This document shows positions 1-13,008 of a stretch of 64,000 nt of DNA, one piece after another. This DNA is from Curvularia clavata (lineage: Eukaryota): the NCBI GenBank assembly GCA_023920165.1, contig CP089277.1, positions 1,116,001 through 1,180,000 on the forward strand, written 5' to 3'. Both the position numbers and the translations under genes were made by a program. Under the pieces are notes generated by a model. It saw only the letters and a list, made by a program, of their open reading frames with translations. It did not search any database and was not told the origin of the DNA. Each line of letters opens with the position of its first letter. The first letter of the stretch is position 1.

Positions 1-758
1 GATGTGGTAGTCATAACCGCCGGCGCGAAGCAGAAAAAAGGTATACATCGATTGAGCTTGGAAAAACAATGGTGAGACCGCCAGACACTTACCAATCCGT
101 AGGTGAAAGCCGAACCGACCTCATCGGCCGCAACAAGGCCATTCTTGAATCAGCGATCAGCGATATGAAGCCCTTTCGCTCAGACACCATACTACTACTG
201 GTCGCCAACCCCGTCGACGTACTCACCTACTTTGCTCAAAAGTTCTCTGGCCTCCCCAAAGAGCAAGTCATCGGTTCCGGCACCTTTCTCGACTCAGCGC
301 GTCTCCGCGGGCTTCTCGCCACCAAAGCCGAGGTTGCAGCATCTAGCATCGATGCCTACGTCCTCGGAGAGCACGGTGAATCCCAATTTGTCGCCTGGAG
401 CCTTGCGAGCATCGGCGGCGTACCTCTCGAGCAAGCCATTGCCTCTAGCCACAGCATAGACAAGAATGCTATTGCAGAGGAAACAAAGAACAAGGCTACC
501 AACATTATCCAGAGCAAGGGCGCGACAAACTATGGCATCGGCGGTGTCGCGGCTAGTATCTGCAAGTCCATACTGTTCGATCAGAGGAATATCAGACCTG
601 TCAGTCATTACCAGGAGGATCTAGATGTTTGTTTGAGTGTTCCGGCGGTGCTAGGAAGAAAGGGCATTGTGAGAAGTGTGCTGATGCCGTTGAGTGGGGA
701 GGAGAAGGAGTTGTTAAAGAAGAGCGCGAAAGCATTGAAGGAGGTTATGAATGCTTAG
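1..758 (+). CDS. L-lactate dehydrogenase (LDH/MDH family), 5'-truncated by window edge
   Basis: Splicing intron 41..102 (GTATAC...TAG) gives DVVVITAGAKQKKGESRTDL. Motifs VANPVD, GSGTFLDSARLR, LGEHGESQ and KGATNYGIG are typical of L-LDH. Confidence 0.9.
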   Translation, partial: CGSHNRRREAEKRYTSIELGKTMVRPPDTYQSVGESRTDLIGRNKAILESAISDMKPFRSDTILLLVANPVDVLTYFAQKFSGLPKEQVIGSGTFLDSARLRGLLATKAEVAASSIDAYVLGEHGESQFVAWSLASIGGVPLEQAIASSHSIDKNAIAEETKNKATNIIQSKGATNYGIGGVAASICKSILFDQRNIRPVSHYQEDLDVCLSVPAVLGRKGIVRSVLMPLSGEEKELLKKSAKALKEVMNA

Positions 759-1277
759 ATTTCGATAGACATATGGGCAGCCGGTCAATGGCGTTTTCGG
801 CAAAAGGAATTAGATCAATGCACCATACTCGCGTGCAAACTACGGACTCGATTTGTCTTGCTCATTCCACATACAAAAGCACAGCCACAATGCCATTGCA
901 CTCACTAAAAAACAATCATCTCCTGTGCAAAGCCGTTCCTAAGCGTCTCCACCTGGCCAAGCCTTCCTGCAGTAATTCAATACTGCAATGTCTGCCAAAA
1001 TCTGGTTTCCATTGAAACCTGCGATGTATTGGCTAAAAGGGGTGTGGTGGAACCTTTCGCGTGGGAATTAGTCTACGCCCCGTGGCCCCACTGCACTACA
1101 TGTATTCTGCATGCCTCACGTCGACTCATATTGGATCCATCTGATTGGCTTGCGCGACCCAGACACCTGAAGCTACCCACCAACGTACCTGGATCAGGCA
1201 CAAAGGTGTATACATATATATTGAGGCTGAACGACCAGTCTGTTTGAACTCTTCACACTCAAGCACCTTTTTTTTAC

Positions 1278-1287
1278 ATGACGTCAT
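1278..1287. promoter_or_regulatory. ATF/CREB-like palindrome ATGACGTCAT upstream of the GST start
   Basis: Perfect 10-bp palindrome about 40 nt before the ATG. Function is inferred only. Confidence 0.3.
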
Positions 1288-1328
1288 CGCTTCTCTCTAA
1301 CAACACCACAAACACCAACAACTCCAAA

Positions 1329-2137
1329 ATGGCAACATCAGAAACGCCAATTGCATTCTTCGATATCGCCTCCGGGCCCCCAAAACGCTGTTATGCGCCT
1401 AATCCATGGAAAACCCGGTTCGTCCCTCACATACACATCCCCTTTGCTCAAGACTAACACCACGCCCCATTAGCTACACCCTTAACCTCAAATCCGTACC
1501 TTACAAAACAAACTGGGTCGAGCTGCCCGACATAAAATCCGTCCGTCAATCTTACAACGTAGCCCCGGTACGAAATCTCCCCGATGGATCAGATTTCTAC
1601 ACACTCCCCATGATCCACGACGCCGGAAACGACGATACTTGGGTTGGTGACTCCTTCGACATTGCCGTGTACCTCGATTCGAAGTATGCCGATAGTGGGG
1701 AGCGTCTTTTCCCGCCCAACAGCATTGGCGTGCACCGCGTCTTCAACGCACATGTCGACGCCCTGTTCACGAAGCACGTAGTGCTATGTGCAAATTACAT
1801 GCCTCTGAACCCGGAGACAGCAGAGCAGACGAGGCGCGAGTTCGTCGAACGTCTGCATGTAGATAGCTGGGATGTGTTTTGCGTCGAGGGCGAGGCGAGG
1901 GAAAAGGTATTGCAGGCGTTTGAGGCAGATTTGGAGGAGTTTGCGAAGATGTGGCGGTTTGGAGATAAGGGCCCGTTTCTGGAGGGCGAGAAGTTGACGT
2001 ATGCGGATGTTATTGTAGGAGGCTGGTTGCAGTTTTTGAGGAATACGATTCCAGAGTGGGATAGGATTTGTACGTGGCAAGGGGGGAAGTGGAAGAGGTT
2101 AAATGAGGCGTTGGAACCGTGGGCGAAGCAGGGGTAG
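1329..2137 (+). CDS. Fungal glutathione S-transferase-like protein
   Basis: ATG 1329, intron 1418..1473. FFDIA...CYAPNPWKTRYTLNLK, YTLPMIHD, VGDSFDIAVYLD and GPFLEGEKLTYAD match the GST N- and C-domain pattern. Confidence 0.85.
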
Positions 2138-2278
2138 GAGGGGTATAGATGTACGATGGGTCTGAGCGAGAGACTGAGGTTAACTTGGTGGATGTTTTGG
2201 TATGGAGCTAGCAAAAAGTTTTATATTACAAAATATACCTACAATAAACGAGTAGTATATGAGTCAGAACCAATGAAT

Positions 2279-3241
2279 TCATGAACGTTTTGTTGCCCGT
2301 ACTACCCACAGTGGATCCAGATGGTCTGAAAGATATGGCGAGCGTACAAGAACCGTGCCTTGGTCATCTGTAATACGCACGCCGCTCTCGTCTCGCGCGC
2401 AGAGATCGACTATCTCGACGTCTTTCCAGCCGGAAAAATGGAGATAATCTGCAGAATTAGCAAAGTCTTGATCTTGCGAAGCACCAGCCAACTTACCACC
2501 AACAAATTCCAACCTTGATCGCTCATTCAACATCAACCATCTTCTGATAACTTTGTTTGGAAAGCATCGGTTACTGATGATCAGATGTACCTTTCCCCCT
2601 TCTTTAGTCGCTTCCAATAGCTTCTTGCAGACCTCCAGCGGTTTGTTCAGATAATCCACGCTAACCACACACGTCGTCGCATCAAACTGCAACTCCCTAC
2701 CTTCCCATCCTGATCTGATGTCATGTGGCGGCGAATTCAAATCCAATACCCTCCACCTTTCTTCCTTCCCCATGAAGACTCCGTTCAGAGCCATTTCTTC
2801 TTGATTCAAACCGACGCCAAAGACTTCCAGGCCGCCCTTTTGAATCGCTTCTTTCACAGGCAAAGGATAAAACGATTTCCAGCTAGTGCACATGTCCATG
2901 ATAGTACCTGACCGAGGTAAAACCGTTTCATAATACTTCGTCAACCGCGAAATAGCCGGGTCGTCAATGTGCGTCACTAACCGCGGTTGCCGGTAGAATT
3001 GGCCATCGGGAGACTCATCGTACCGCTGGAAGTCGGACGGATCGTATGGCCAGGCATCATATTTTGGAGTATATGGTGTGGAAGGGAAGGGGATGTTGGG
3101 GGAAGCAGAGGCCATGGTAGCTGCGGTAAAACCGGAGAAGAAGTTGAATGGGATGCTGCTGTTACGGTTCAGTGAGGAGTACGTGCGCCATGGGGCGGAG
3201 AGCGTTGGGTGGAGAGACCGGATACAACGGGAAAGGGACAT
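2279..3241 (-). CDS. SAM-dependent methyltransferase (type 11-like) with putative mitochondrial presequence
   Basis: FYRQPRLVTHIDD, MDMCTSWKS, GVGLNQEEM, VSVDYL and SNRCFP motifs. A 48-nt in-frame intron at 2449..2496 (GTAAGT..CTAAT..CAG) is read through in the ORF track. Confidence 0.8.
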   Translation of the reverse strand: MSLSRCIRSLHPTLSAPWRTYSSLNRNSSIPFNFFSGFTAATMASASPNIPFPSTPYTPKYDAWPYDPSDFQRYDESPDGQFYRQPRLVTHIDDPAISRLTKYYETVLPRSGTIMDMCTSWKSFYPLPVKEAIQKGGLEVFGVGLNQEEMALNGVFMGKEERWRVLDLNSPPHDIRSGWEGRELQFDATTCVVSVDYLNKPLEVCKKLLEATKEGGKVHLIISNRCFPNKVIRRWLMLNERSRLEFVGGKLAGASQDQDFANSADYLHFSGWKDVEIVDLCARDESGVRITDDQGTVLVRSPYLSDHLDPLWVVRATKRS

Positions 3242-3318
3242 GAGAGTCTAGTTTGTGCTTGGTAGGGTTTAAAACTGAGTGAATAAGGCGCGTTCTGTGG
3301 CATAGGACAATGGGTTCG

Positions 3319-3326
3319 TGACGTCA
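3319..3326. promoter_or_regulatory. CRE palindrome TGACGTCA in the divergent promoter of the methyltransferase and ABM genes
   Basis: Perfect CRE, followed within 30 nt by CACGTG and GACGTG ACGT-core sites. Confidence 0.3.
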
Positions 3327-3613
3327 GCATACGCGTGCTCACGTGGCGACGTGATGGGCTATTTTCTGGTCATGGTGTTTGAAGAGAAGAAGACACACGA
3401 CTACAAACCAGCACCGAGTTCCTAGAAATTACTGTATTTCCATGCTTGGTTACAAACTAATTACAGCCGCGTAGCCTGCGTTGGGGTACGGGTCACCTAT
3501 TCCGAGGCATCGGAATCCCAGTTCCGAGTTTGCGGGGGTACGGAGGGTGGGATACTTATATATATAAGACGATTGACATGGACATATTGCTGTGCTTTGT
3601 GCATTCATTCGAT

Positions 3614-4309
3614 ATGGAATCCATTCTCACCACTGCAAGAATCGTGTGCAAAGATACAACAGCACGGGAAAAAGCTATCGAAGCGTTTCGGAAAATCATC
3701 GAGTATACGACGCCAAATGAGCCAGAAGTCCTACAATATGTTTGCGCTGTACCATATCACGATGATTCAAAAAATGAGATATACATGATTGAAGAGTATG
3801 TTCTCTTTGTCTGAAACTAAGAAGTTTAGTCTTGTTAAATTGAGGCCAGATATGCAAACCAAGCAGCAAGCGACGCGCATCTAACCACCAAACCCGTACA
3901 AGACCTCATACAACTATTCACTACAGGGGGCGTCCTCGCGCAACCGCCTGAAGTTCACAATTGTAAAATCGTATCAAAGAATTCGCTTGGTTCAGCGGTG
4001 TCCGTGTCGTCAGGACCTGCTATTATTCTCATGAATGTTACTTCACAGTTCCATCATTCTGCGTCACCTATGAGAACAGCAGAGACAATAGTTGAGAGAT
4101 CTTTAAGAGACGCAAGAGGTCTTAATCAACTCATACTGGCAGAAGATAAAGAATCGACGAGCATGCGCTTGGAATGTGTGCTGCAAGATTGGGACGCGTT
4201 TACTCAACTCCAAAAGGTAGTAGAAAGAAACGAGGGGCATACGGCTGAAGTAATATCGATCAGACCCGTCGGTGGCTTCGTTAGTCGTGAGGAGAAAAGC
4301 AAGTTGTAG
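3614..4309 (+). CDS. ABM (dimeric alpha/beta barrel) domain protein with C-terminal PTS1 (SKL)
   Basis: Intron 3796..3849 joins two ORFs. EPEVLQY...IYMIEEYANQAASDAHL is ABM-like. The protein ends EEKSKL*. Confidence 0.7.
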
Positions 4310-4908
4310 AACAGTATCAATATGGTGAAAGTCGCGATGCCTTTCAAGCATGGCTGTTGTTCATTGAGACGACCCAAATGCCAACATCATCTCATCTCGT
4401 GTGCCCAACTCTCCCGTTTTTTTAAAAACCCGAGATCCCCCATCCAACCTTGCTTATATGGCTGGCGCTTCGACTGAGGGATCCACAACGTTAGTTTAGT
4501 ATTGTAAATAAGACTTCCGTCCAGATGTCCCTTAAGACTATGGCGCTGCCCGTATAGGTGTTCCAAGTAATTCCTGAGATTAGGTCTAGGGAAAATGCGA
4601 TTTCCTGATCTTCGAAATCCCGTACCTCTCCACCACCCGAACATATGGTAGAACTGCAAGGCTGGGTGTTAGCGGATTTGCCTTTTGATCATCGGGAGAA
4701 AGAGAACAATAATCGCATGGGTTGATTAAGGAAGCAAACCCCTCAATTATAAGAACAGTTCCTGCTTCTAGAAAGAACTTCAACGCCGAATGTGCTGTCT
4801 CAAAGGTCTGGTATTGAAATAAACACGGAATCTTGAATCTATTCCAAGCTGCAGAACCCTTCAAACAAGAACGAGGGCGCCTCGACTTGACCTTCGACAT
4901 GACTCGGT

Positions 4909-6365
4909 TTATCTGAGCCCAAAATTTGACTCTGGAGATGTTCGGCGCTGAAGAAGCTCAACATCACTGTCTCGTGAGGCGGGCGGAGAAAGCCACAGGT
5001 CGATAGTCCTTGAAGCTCCATTATGCTCAACCCAGCATTTCAATCTCCGAGGCGAGCTTGGTCCACGGTACATGTAGTATCCTGGCTGTCGAATGACTTC
5101 AGGCCAGCTAATGTTGTGATTGATGGTCTGGTAGTTGTAGCCGCTCGCTCTCGCGATGAGCCATCCTCTCTGCGGTATCACCTAGCGCATTTTCAGCTCT
5201 AGATGTAATTTCCATGTAGGAAGATAGCGAATGATGGCATATTTCGGGTTGACGTAGAGCTTTGACAGCTTGATTTATCGCGCCAGTCCATGGCATGGCT
5301 GTCTACTGGACAAGCCGACTGCCACTTCAAGAACCAACGATAATGACAGAATCAAGCAGTACATAATTTTGAGGGATGCAGGTATTGGAACGAGAAGAAA
5401 CATAAAAAACGTACCCTGTTCCATTCAAGTTCGTTTATCGTCAATATATCATCAGGACCACCGTCATAGTTATCGGTTTTGGCATCCAGGTGTCTCCTCC
5501 ATGAAGATTCGCTCATTCTTTCGAGCCTCTCTGCATCTCCCTTTTCCCTTAGGACCAAGCACTCTTCCAGCTTCTTACGTAGCCATGTACCTTTTCGGTT
5601 ACCCAATGATTCTTGATCATCGCACCATTTATGCAGTGCGTCAGAGAACTGGGAATCGGTGTGGCGGCTCCGTGAGTGCAATGTCAACAAAGTGTCATAC
5701 ACAATTGAGCGATCGCAGCCAGCTTGGGTAACAGCAAAGTGCACTGTGTCCAAACCGGCGAGTTTGCCCAACCGACGGTTGTGATTAAATAGCTCGACTG
5801 CCTCCAGATTTCGTTCGATCATAGCTTGTCGCCTGCCTTCAATGGCTATCTGGGCTGTCTCGGGATCGTGCCAGTTGACAGTCATGCTCGTGATCCACAG
5901 CAGAAATCGCAGGAACTCGATTTTATCCTGGGACCATGGTGCATGCAGAAGTTTCTTTGGTATCCGGCCTTTGACAAATGCAAGACGCGGTAAGTGGCTT
6001 CGCGAGAATATCATATTTGTTGCATCGCTAAAGTCGGGGGGCCATTGCGCATCAAAGCAGCCTTCTTGTGGCTTCTGATCGCACAGACAGCCTTGACCTC
6101 CGAATCTTCGTAAGCACCAGGACTTGAAAAAGGACCATGTCATCCACTTGGAAGCAAAGATATAAGTCTGGGCTTCAGACTGTTTCTTTCGCTCGCCGTG
6201 CACTTTAGTCAAGTAGTAACTGCAGGTCGAATTATAGATGTATTCGGAAGAAAGCCGGGTTGCGATATAGGGTGAAGATTGTAATAGTGCAAGATTGTAC
6301 CCTGATTCCGTATATATTTGCTGGAGCAGCTCAACAGGCAGCCGTTCGATTGGGGCAGGGCCCAT
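4909..6365 (-). CDS. Hypothetical protein (F-box-like N-terminal motif)
   Basis: 337-aa ORF starting MGPAPIERLPVELLQQI. A GTACGT donor at ~5413 and a TAG acceptor at ~5182 would join it in frame to the 4909..5181 ORF. The 3' end is uncertain. Confidence 0.55.
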
Positions 6366-7498
6366 GTTGAATGAAGAGGGATTTGGTACCGGCAGTCAAG
6401 GTTCAGGGACGAAAGTAATCCTGAGTGGTCAAAAACGTTGAGAAAGGTGGGAAAGAAGCCCAAGTACTTCCTGACAGGTTTCACAACGTGTTGCGAACAG
6501 CTCGGTGGTACGTTAGGCCACCCAGGCGGCGACGAACATCCCGCATTACCTATTTAGGTATTACCCCACACCTTATACGGAGATAGCGCACCTTTCAGCC
6601 CCATTCCGAACCTCGGGCCTAGGATAGCTCCCGCACGCTGCAAGACCCTGTCTCGTCCGCCTCATTAAGAAGTTGCCCATTACACGAATGGATATTTATA
6701 GCACCGGATCTGATGAAAAAACTGTAGTCGTCTTTCTGACTAGCGAGAATGGTGTAGATTCAGGATTAGGTGGGTGATCAAGATGTGAAGCTACACCTTC
6801 ACTCGGGAATTCCATTGCATGCAAATAAGTGACTGAGACCTCAATGCCATATGAATAATGGCTAGACATCGTGATTGTTGCTCGTGCGATCATAGCCCAG
6901 TATGACTAGAATCGGAAATACCATCTACTGCCGGTTCAGCGTGAAGGCCTCCCTATCTTAGGTAGTGCGAAATAGATTACAATCTGAACAAGCCATACAC
7001 TTGCACGTAGCTATTTCTCATTATCAGCCCAACGAATAGCTCCGAGCCCATCAAACAATATCCGTGGGTCAGGAAGGTATGCGTCCAGCGAAGCCCCCAC
7101 TCCGGCGCTAAGCTGCTGCTCCACCCCATATGTATATCTATCTAGGATCTGGTATATGGATGCGCGTTAAGTCAATGTCTCAAGGCAATGTTCTTCCACT
7201 GTAGGTCCTTTGGATGACGGCAAAATCCCCAAGTCAATTGATCACTGATTGCTAGTCTTCTGTCATGTGATGCGGCAGGGTTGGGGAATGAGACGCCAAA
7301 TCAAATGTGCTGACCCGGAACATCTTTCGGCCCTACAACGGCGTGGTAACGTCAGAGCAAGATATCGCTGCAGGACTAGTATATCACGGTCTAGCGTGTA
7401 GCCGCACGTTTGGCGTCGCCTTCTTCCCGTATTTTAATGAGATTCAATTACTATTGACGTCGTCTACAGTAGTCATCTCTACAACATTACAAATCACA

Positions 7499-8606
7499 AT
7501 GACAGATCTCGACGCGAGCAGCCTCTTCAATGTCAAAGGCTTGGTAGCTGTTGTTACTGGAGGAGGAACAGGTAAGGCACTTACGAGGCTTGATCTACGG
7601 ATAAACTGACCCACAAGCAGGCATTGGTTTGATGATCGCTCAAGCCTTGGAGGCTAACGGTGCGATCGTATACATTCTCGGACGCCGGGAAGAGGTCTTG
7701 AAAGAGGCTGCAGCTACAGCGGTAAGCTTCATTATTCACGGTTTTGATTGTGTATTTTATGGCAGCATGACTTTACGACATTTCTGTCAGTCATAGGGAA
7801 AGTTCAATCGCGTTTTCTAACGATCACATATAGAAACATGGTAACATTCACACATTCAAAGCAGACGTGACATCAAAGTCAGACCTTGCCGCTGCAGCGG
7901 ACTACGTTGATGCGAAATCCGGTTACGTCAATCTCGTCGTCGCGAATTCCGGTGTCAATGGCCCAACAATTCGTGATTTGAAACAAGACGCGACTCTTAC
8001 AGAATTCCGTGACTACCTGTGGAACTGGGACGCCGACGCTTGTAACGAGACATATGCGGTTAATGCGACGGGCGCCTTCTTCACTGTCGTTGCCTTCCTT
8101 GAGCTGCTAGATAAGGGTAACAAGGCTGGAAATGTCGAGCAAATGAGCCAAGCTATATGTGTCAGCAGTGCTGGTGCATTCAGTCGAGTGCTTTCGTCGG
8201 GCTATCCATATGCCGGCTCAAAAGCAGCAATCATACACATTATGAAACAACTCGCTACCCGGCTAGCACCATACGGCATTCGTTCTAACGTCCTTGCGCC
8301 TGGTTGTAAGTTGAATTCTCATGTGTTTTGTCATGAACAAGGCCTGAATGGTCGCGGCACCATAAGGGCTAATCAGTTGTTGTTGTAACCCGCTAATAAC
8401 ATAAAGATTTCCCGAGCGAGATGACCTCCAATCTGGGGTTGAAAGAGAAATACCCGAGAGACTTCCTCCCACAAGAAAGAAATGGAGATAAGAAGGATAT
8501 AGCTGGAGCGATGTTGTTTTTGGCGGGTAGATCAGGTGCCTACATTAACGGGAATGTACTACTCGTAGACGGTGGTCGGTTGAGTGTCCTACCAGCCACC
8601 TACTGA
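7499..8606 (+). CDS. Short-chain dehydrogenase/reductase
   Basis: VTGGGTGIG Rossmann motif, ANSG, YAGSK catalytic motif, APG and YINGNVLLVDGG. Introns at ~7572..7620, ~7722..7833 and ~8307..8407. Confidence 0.9.
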
Positions 8607-9463
8607 TACAAACAGGGAAGTTATCGCAGGAGTTAGTGGAACTCGAGTATTCAGCACCGCTACAGAGAATAGAGATTACACTGTCGTGGATCTACAGTGT
8701 ATGCGTAGCATAATTTGTAGGATGACTGCCCTGCATGTATGACCTTGCTTAACTTGCGCATTGACTTAAAAATCCGCTCGATCCTTTCTGATCTTATTAT
8801 CAATAAGGGACACTGATTTGAAACTCTCGTCCACCTTCCTTTGACGGCAGTTCCCGAAATCACATTCGCAGCATTCGACCTCATCCATGAAAGCCATTGC
8901 GTGTATAGATGCTAACATAATGAACTTCAGGAGTGATCCTAGACCGGAGAAAACTAATATTAATACTGTGTTTAAATTCGTAAGCAATAGCTCTTCCAGA
9001 TATGAACCTGCAGTTGAAAACGTACGTCTCAGTGGTCGACCTTCATTAGGAGCCCCGCGCTGTACCCGTCAAAGTAAACCCTTCGCAATTTATCCCAAGT
9101 ATCCGCCAATATCTTCGATGTGGTGGTCTATGTTGTCAATATGAGTGTTGAGCCTAGCCGTTCTCCAGGCGAATATGACAAGGATTCCCAGAAGAGAAGC
9201 GGTTGCTATTATCTTAGGAATATGAAGGACTTGGTATGCCTTAGAAGGCCCAGTCGAAGACATAATCATAGCTTTTCGAAATCTTTCTGACGTTCATTCA
9301 CTAATAGTGCGGTTTTTGGCTATTTGAAAGTGAGTTCTAGAAAAGCGGATACTGGACGAAAGACAACGACAAAAGTTATGGCAGGAAGGTGTTCGAAATG
9401 TATGCTAGGCTTGATCCAAGTTCGGGACGGTATTTTCATCCCGAGGGCGGTGTTGACTCACAG

Positions 9464-10197
9464 TATACTACAACGGACCAAAAATCGAGAATGGACAAGA
9501 AGAATGCAAGACATGGGGTCTTTTGAAATCTTCTACAATCAACCTGGTCACCGTCGTCTCCGTTATACTCTCCATATATCGCTTTTAAAATGGTCCTGAT
9601 CAGAACGCATCAGGATGGAACAGTTCGTTATAGTCGTTTCCAGGTGTACCAGTTATCGTATATGGCATTGCCATACGGATTGCGGCCGCACTGAAACTTC
9701 GCCGACGGAATACCCTGATTCTAGGACTTGTTTCTGCTATCAGCATGGGAGCGGGTGTTGGTGTTGCGATCTCACAATCTGCCAATCCGTCTTTCACACT
9801 CGCGATCATCATCTACGCAGTCATGTCAGTCCCATTGATTATGATATTTCCAGTAATTCAGGCAGTGCTCTTAGTACTTGTGCTCACAGTTTTTGCGCGA
9901 ATAGGTGGCATAGTGATGGGCTCTCTTACTCCAGAGGCTTACTTTCCATTCTGTCCATTGAAGGGTCCTGGGTTTGCCGTTCCGTACATTGTATTTGGTT
10001 TTACAGCTGGCGTACTTGCTCTGTATGCTAGCCTTCGGTTCTCGTTGGAAGTATTGGAAATGAGGGAGAAATGGTTGCCAGCGTGGATTCTTCGTCGTCT
10101 AGAAGTTAAACCCAATCAAACTAAACGGACTACTATTTTGGAGCTGGGCCAGCAGCAAGGTCCTCTTCTAAGGGAGAGTCAGGTCCTTGAACATTAA
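9464..10197 (+). pseudogene. Probable pseudogene of a multi-pass membrane protein
   Basis: The frame of ORF 9745..10197 continues upstream as hydrophobic protein-like sequence but is broken by TAA (9586..9588) and TAG (9631..9633). Confidence 0.5.
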
Positions 10198-10892
10198 AGA
10201 GGACTGTCAGGCAGGAAAAATTCCCCATGGATAGCAACATGGTTCTGCTTTATATGGGCAATTGGATGGAAAAGAATATGTATCATCGAAAGTTCTTCCT
10301 TGCGGGCTTCATGCTCTGCACGTTATAGACACGTCAGGAACAAACCAAGTTAAAGTTCATGGTTGCATGCAATTGTTCGCTACCCATGTATTTGTATGAG
10401 ACGCAGCTTGAAAGTACCCTATAGTGTCTTAGGGGCACCATTATTTGATGGCGTTGTTGCATTTATTCGGCAAATTAGTTGTTGCAAATTACTTTATCAC
10501 TCGAAGTCGAACAGTCAAGGACAGAAGACTGGTTTCAGAGAGTTTTGAATACAGTTCTTTAGGAATAATCACGAAAAGCTATCTATTAAGACTCAATGCT
10601 ATATTGTGGCCCTGACTTCAATAATTGTTGGAGTTTCCTAGTCAGAGGTGTGGGGATACCGGATGGGGTGTGTGGAATTTGCCCGAGGCGTTTCGACGAC
10701 GGTCTAAGCATCCAGCACAGTTTGGGCGTTGCCAGTTGTGGAGGATAGGGAAGAAGATGAAGAGGAGAGCTGTTCGCTAGTGGATGTTGCAGCAAAGGCG
10801 TTGGTGCAGATGGCGCTACCTACGTCATTACTCAGTGACGTCGAAATGCCATCAGCAAAGTACTCTGCATACAACCAAGACAGATTCCATGC

Positions 10893-12552
10893 TCATTGTG
10901 AATCGTGACTGCCTCGTAATCTACTAACCACAGCCCCAACCACCAGCAGAGTTGCCAGAACTCCACTCTGTATAGGAGCAAACATGGCTGACCGTATAAT
11001 CACTAACGTGCCCACAATCACAAAGGTGATAGGGAGAATGATAGTTGGACGGTAAGGCCGCTCGAGTTGAGGCTCTCGACGACGAAGTATAAGAAGACCC
11101 ACTACAGTACTAACATAGAAGACCCACTCGGCCATACCAACGAAGGTCAGTAGCGCCCGAAAACTGCCTGTCAGTATGTAGACCAGGGTGACTACTAAAG
11201 CCAAAGCGTTGGCATAGCTTTGTATGTCAGCAAGCCTGAACACGAAATACTTTGACGGGGGTTCTTACACTGGGGCATCAAATTTTTGAGACGAAAAGTC
11301 ATCTGCATCCGCTCTCTGCTTCAGTGGTAGGCCCCTTCGGCTAAAAAATGCTGGTAGGTAATGGCGCTGCGATGCAGCCATGGTCAACCTCCCTACCGAA
11401 AATACATTACTTGTGATCGATCCAGCACAGGAAACGGCAACGAGAATAGTGATGAAGATGCCAGCGGGCCTCCCAAAAAGAGCAGTTCCGGCTGCGACGG
11501 CGACTGCGTTGTTGCTGCTCAGCTTGTCCCAAGGCACAAGGATATAATATGCGAGATTGACAAGCTCGAAAGAAGTAAGGACCACAATCATTGCGGCCTT
11601 GATTGCCTTTGGAAGGGCACGTCCTGGGTCACGAATCTCACTTGCCACTACGTTGGCCTGAATATTATTAGCTAGCTAAACGCGCATACAACTCACTTGG
11701 ACTCACATTGTCCCATCCATCATAAGCCCACAATCCACCATAAATGGCCGCGCAGTAATGCCCGTAGCGGTCCCAAGCGCCCATAGATACCCAGTCAATA
11801 ATTTTGCCGTCCGACGTGGTCGGCCTAGGTTCAAACCAGTTCTTTGAGTACCAGTCACTGGAGCCAGAAAGATGGGATCCTGGATTCACCAAATGAGCAA
11901 TGACCGCGATGAGTCCTCCGAGAACCACCAAGCTGACTGTCGATAGCTTGAAAACCGTAAACGACTCGCTCAATCGCATCGTAAATTTGGTATTGATCGA
12001 GTTTAGCAACACCATGGTGACAAAGACAATGGCAGCAATCAACTTGAGCAGACTGGCGTCTGGCAGGTTGTCTGTGCTTGTTGCAACTGAGCCTATAGAC
12101 TCCGCGATAACGATACTTTGAATGGCCATGGACGAAGGTTTCACTCCTAGAATATACACCCAGGCCATGAGGAATGCTGCAGTATCTCCGTAGACGTGTC
12201 GCAAGTATTCCTGCATGCCGCCGTTGAGTGGAAGAGCTGCACCTAGCTCTGCAAAAGACGCGGCACCTGCCCACGACAACAGCCCCCCAAGCACCCAAAC
12301 CAGAAGAGCAGCACCAGGAGAAGGCACATTGCTATCGACCTGCGCGGGTGACGCAAAGATTCCCGAACCTATTTGGAGGGTGACAAGAACGGCAAATGCA
12401 TGACGCGTAGTGAGCTGTTTGGGCAGTTGTTGGGTCAATCGCGGGGTGGATGGAGCTCCATCATCTTGCTGCGCAAGCAATGGGTCGGACTCTGTGGCGT
12501 TCAGCTTTGGCGATTCTTCTCCAAGATGATTGGTACTGCGTGCATCGTCCAT
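10893..12552 (-). CDS. APC-superfamily amino acid permease (LAT/methionine permease-like)
   Basis: IGSGIFASP, SFAELGAALPLNGG, GLWAYDGWDN and RPYRP motifs. Two introns join the three ORFs. The first ATG is at 12552. Confidence 0.9.
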
Positions 12553-13008
12553 CGCAAATGTCCTGCTGTTGAAGGAATAGGTGTCTCCGTGATACTTTGC
12601 CTGCACTACACCACTTGACCTTGGTCCTTGTCCAAGGTCTACGGCCGCTTTTGCAACCAATCTCTACCCATCAATGCGTGGGCGCTCGGACGTTCCCAAC
12701 GCGGCCCCACAATCTCCACCGTCACAACACCTTAAGCCTTCAAGTCACAACCTATATGCTCTGGAAGCTCAGTATTGGTGGATATACGTGCCTCATTAGT
12801 AAGTTCATAAGGGAAATTGTTGTTGCTGTGCTAGGGCTTTGTAGCTGTACAACAGACATCAGTATTTGTCCAGCTGGAGTGCACTAGTGAGCTTGTATCT
12901 AACGGTAGGCATCGTGATCTAACACCTTTACACCCATCCATTCGTATCATAGATACAGAATTCAAATCTATCGCAGTCATAAGGATACACTGATCTAGCT
13001 CTGTATCC

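Noticed and set aside
8307..8407. Two branch-like GCTAAT sites in an SDR intron, a possible stwintron
   Set aside because: Removing the inner part does not create a credible new donor.
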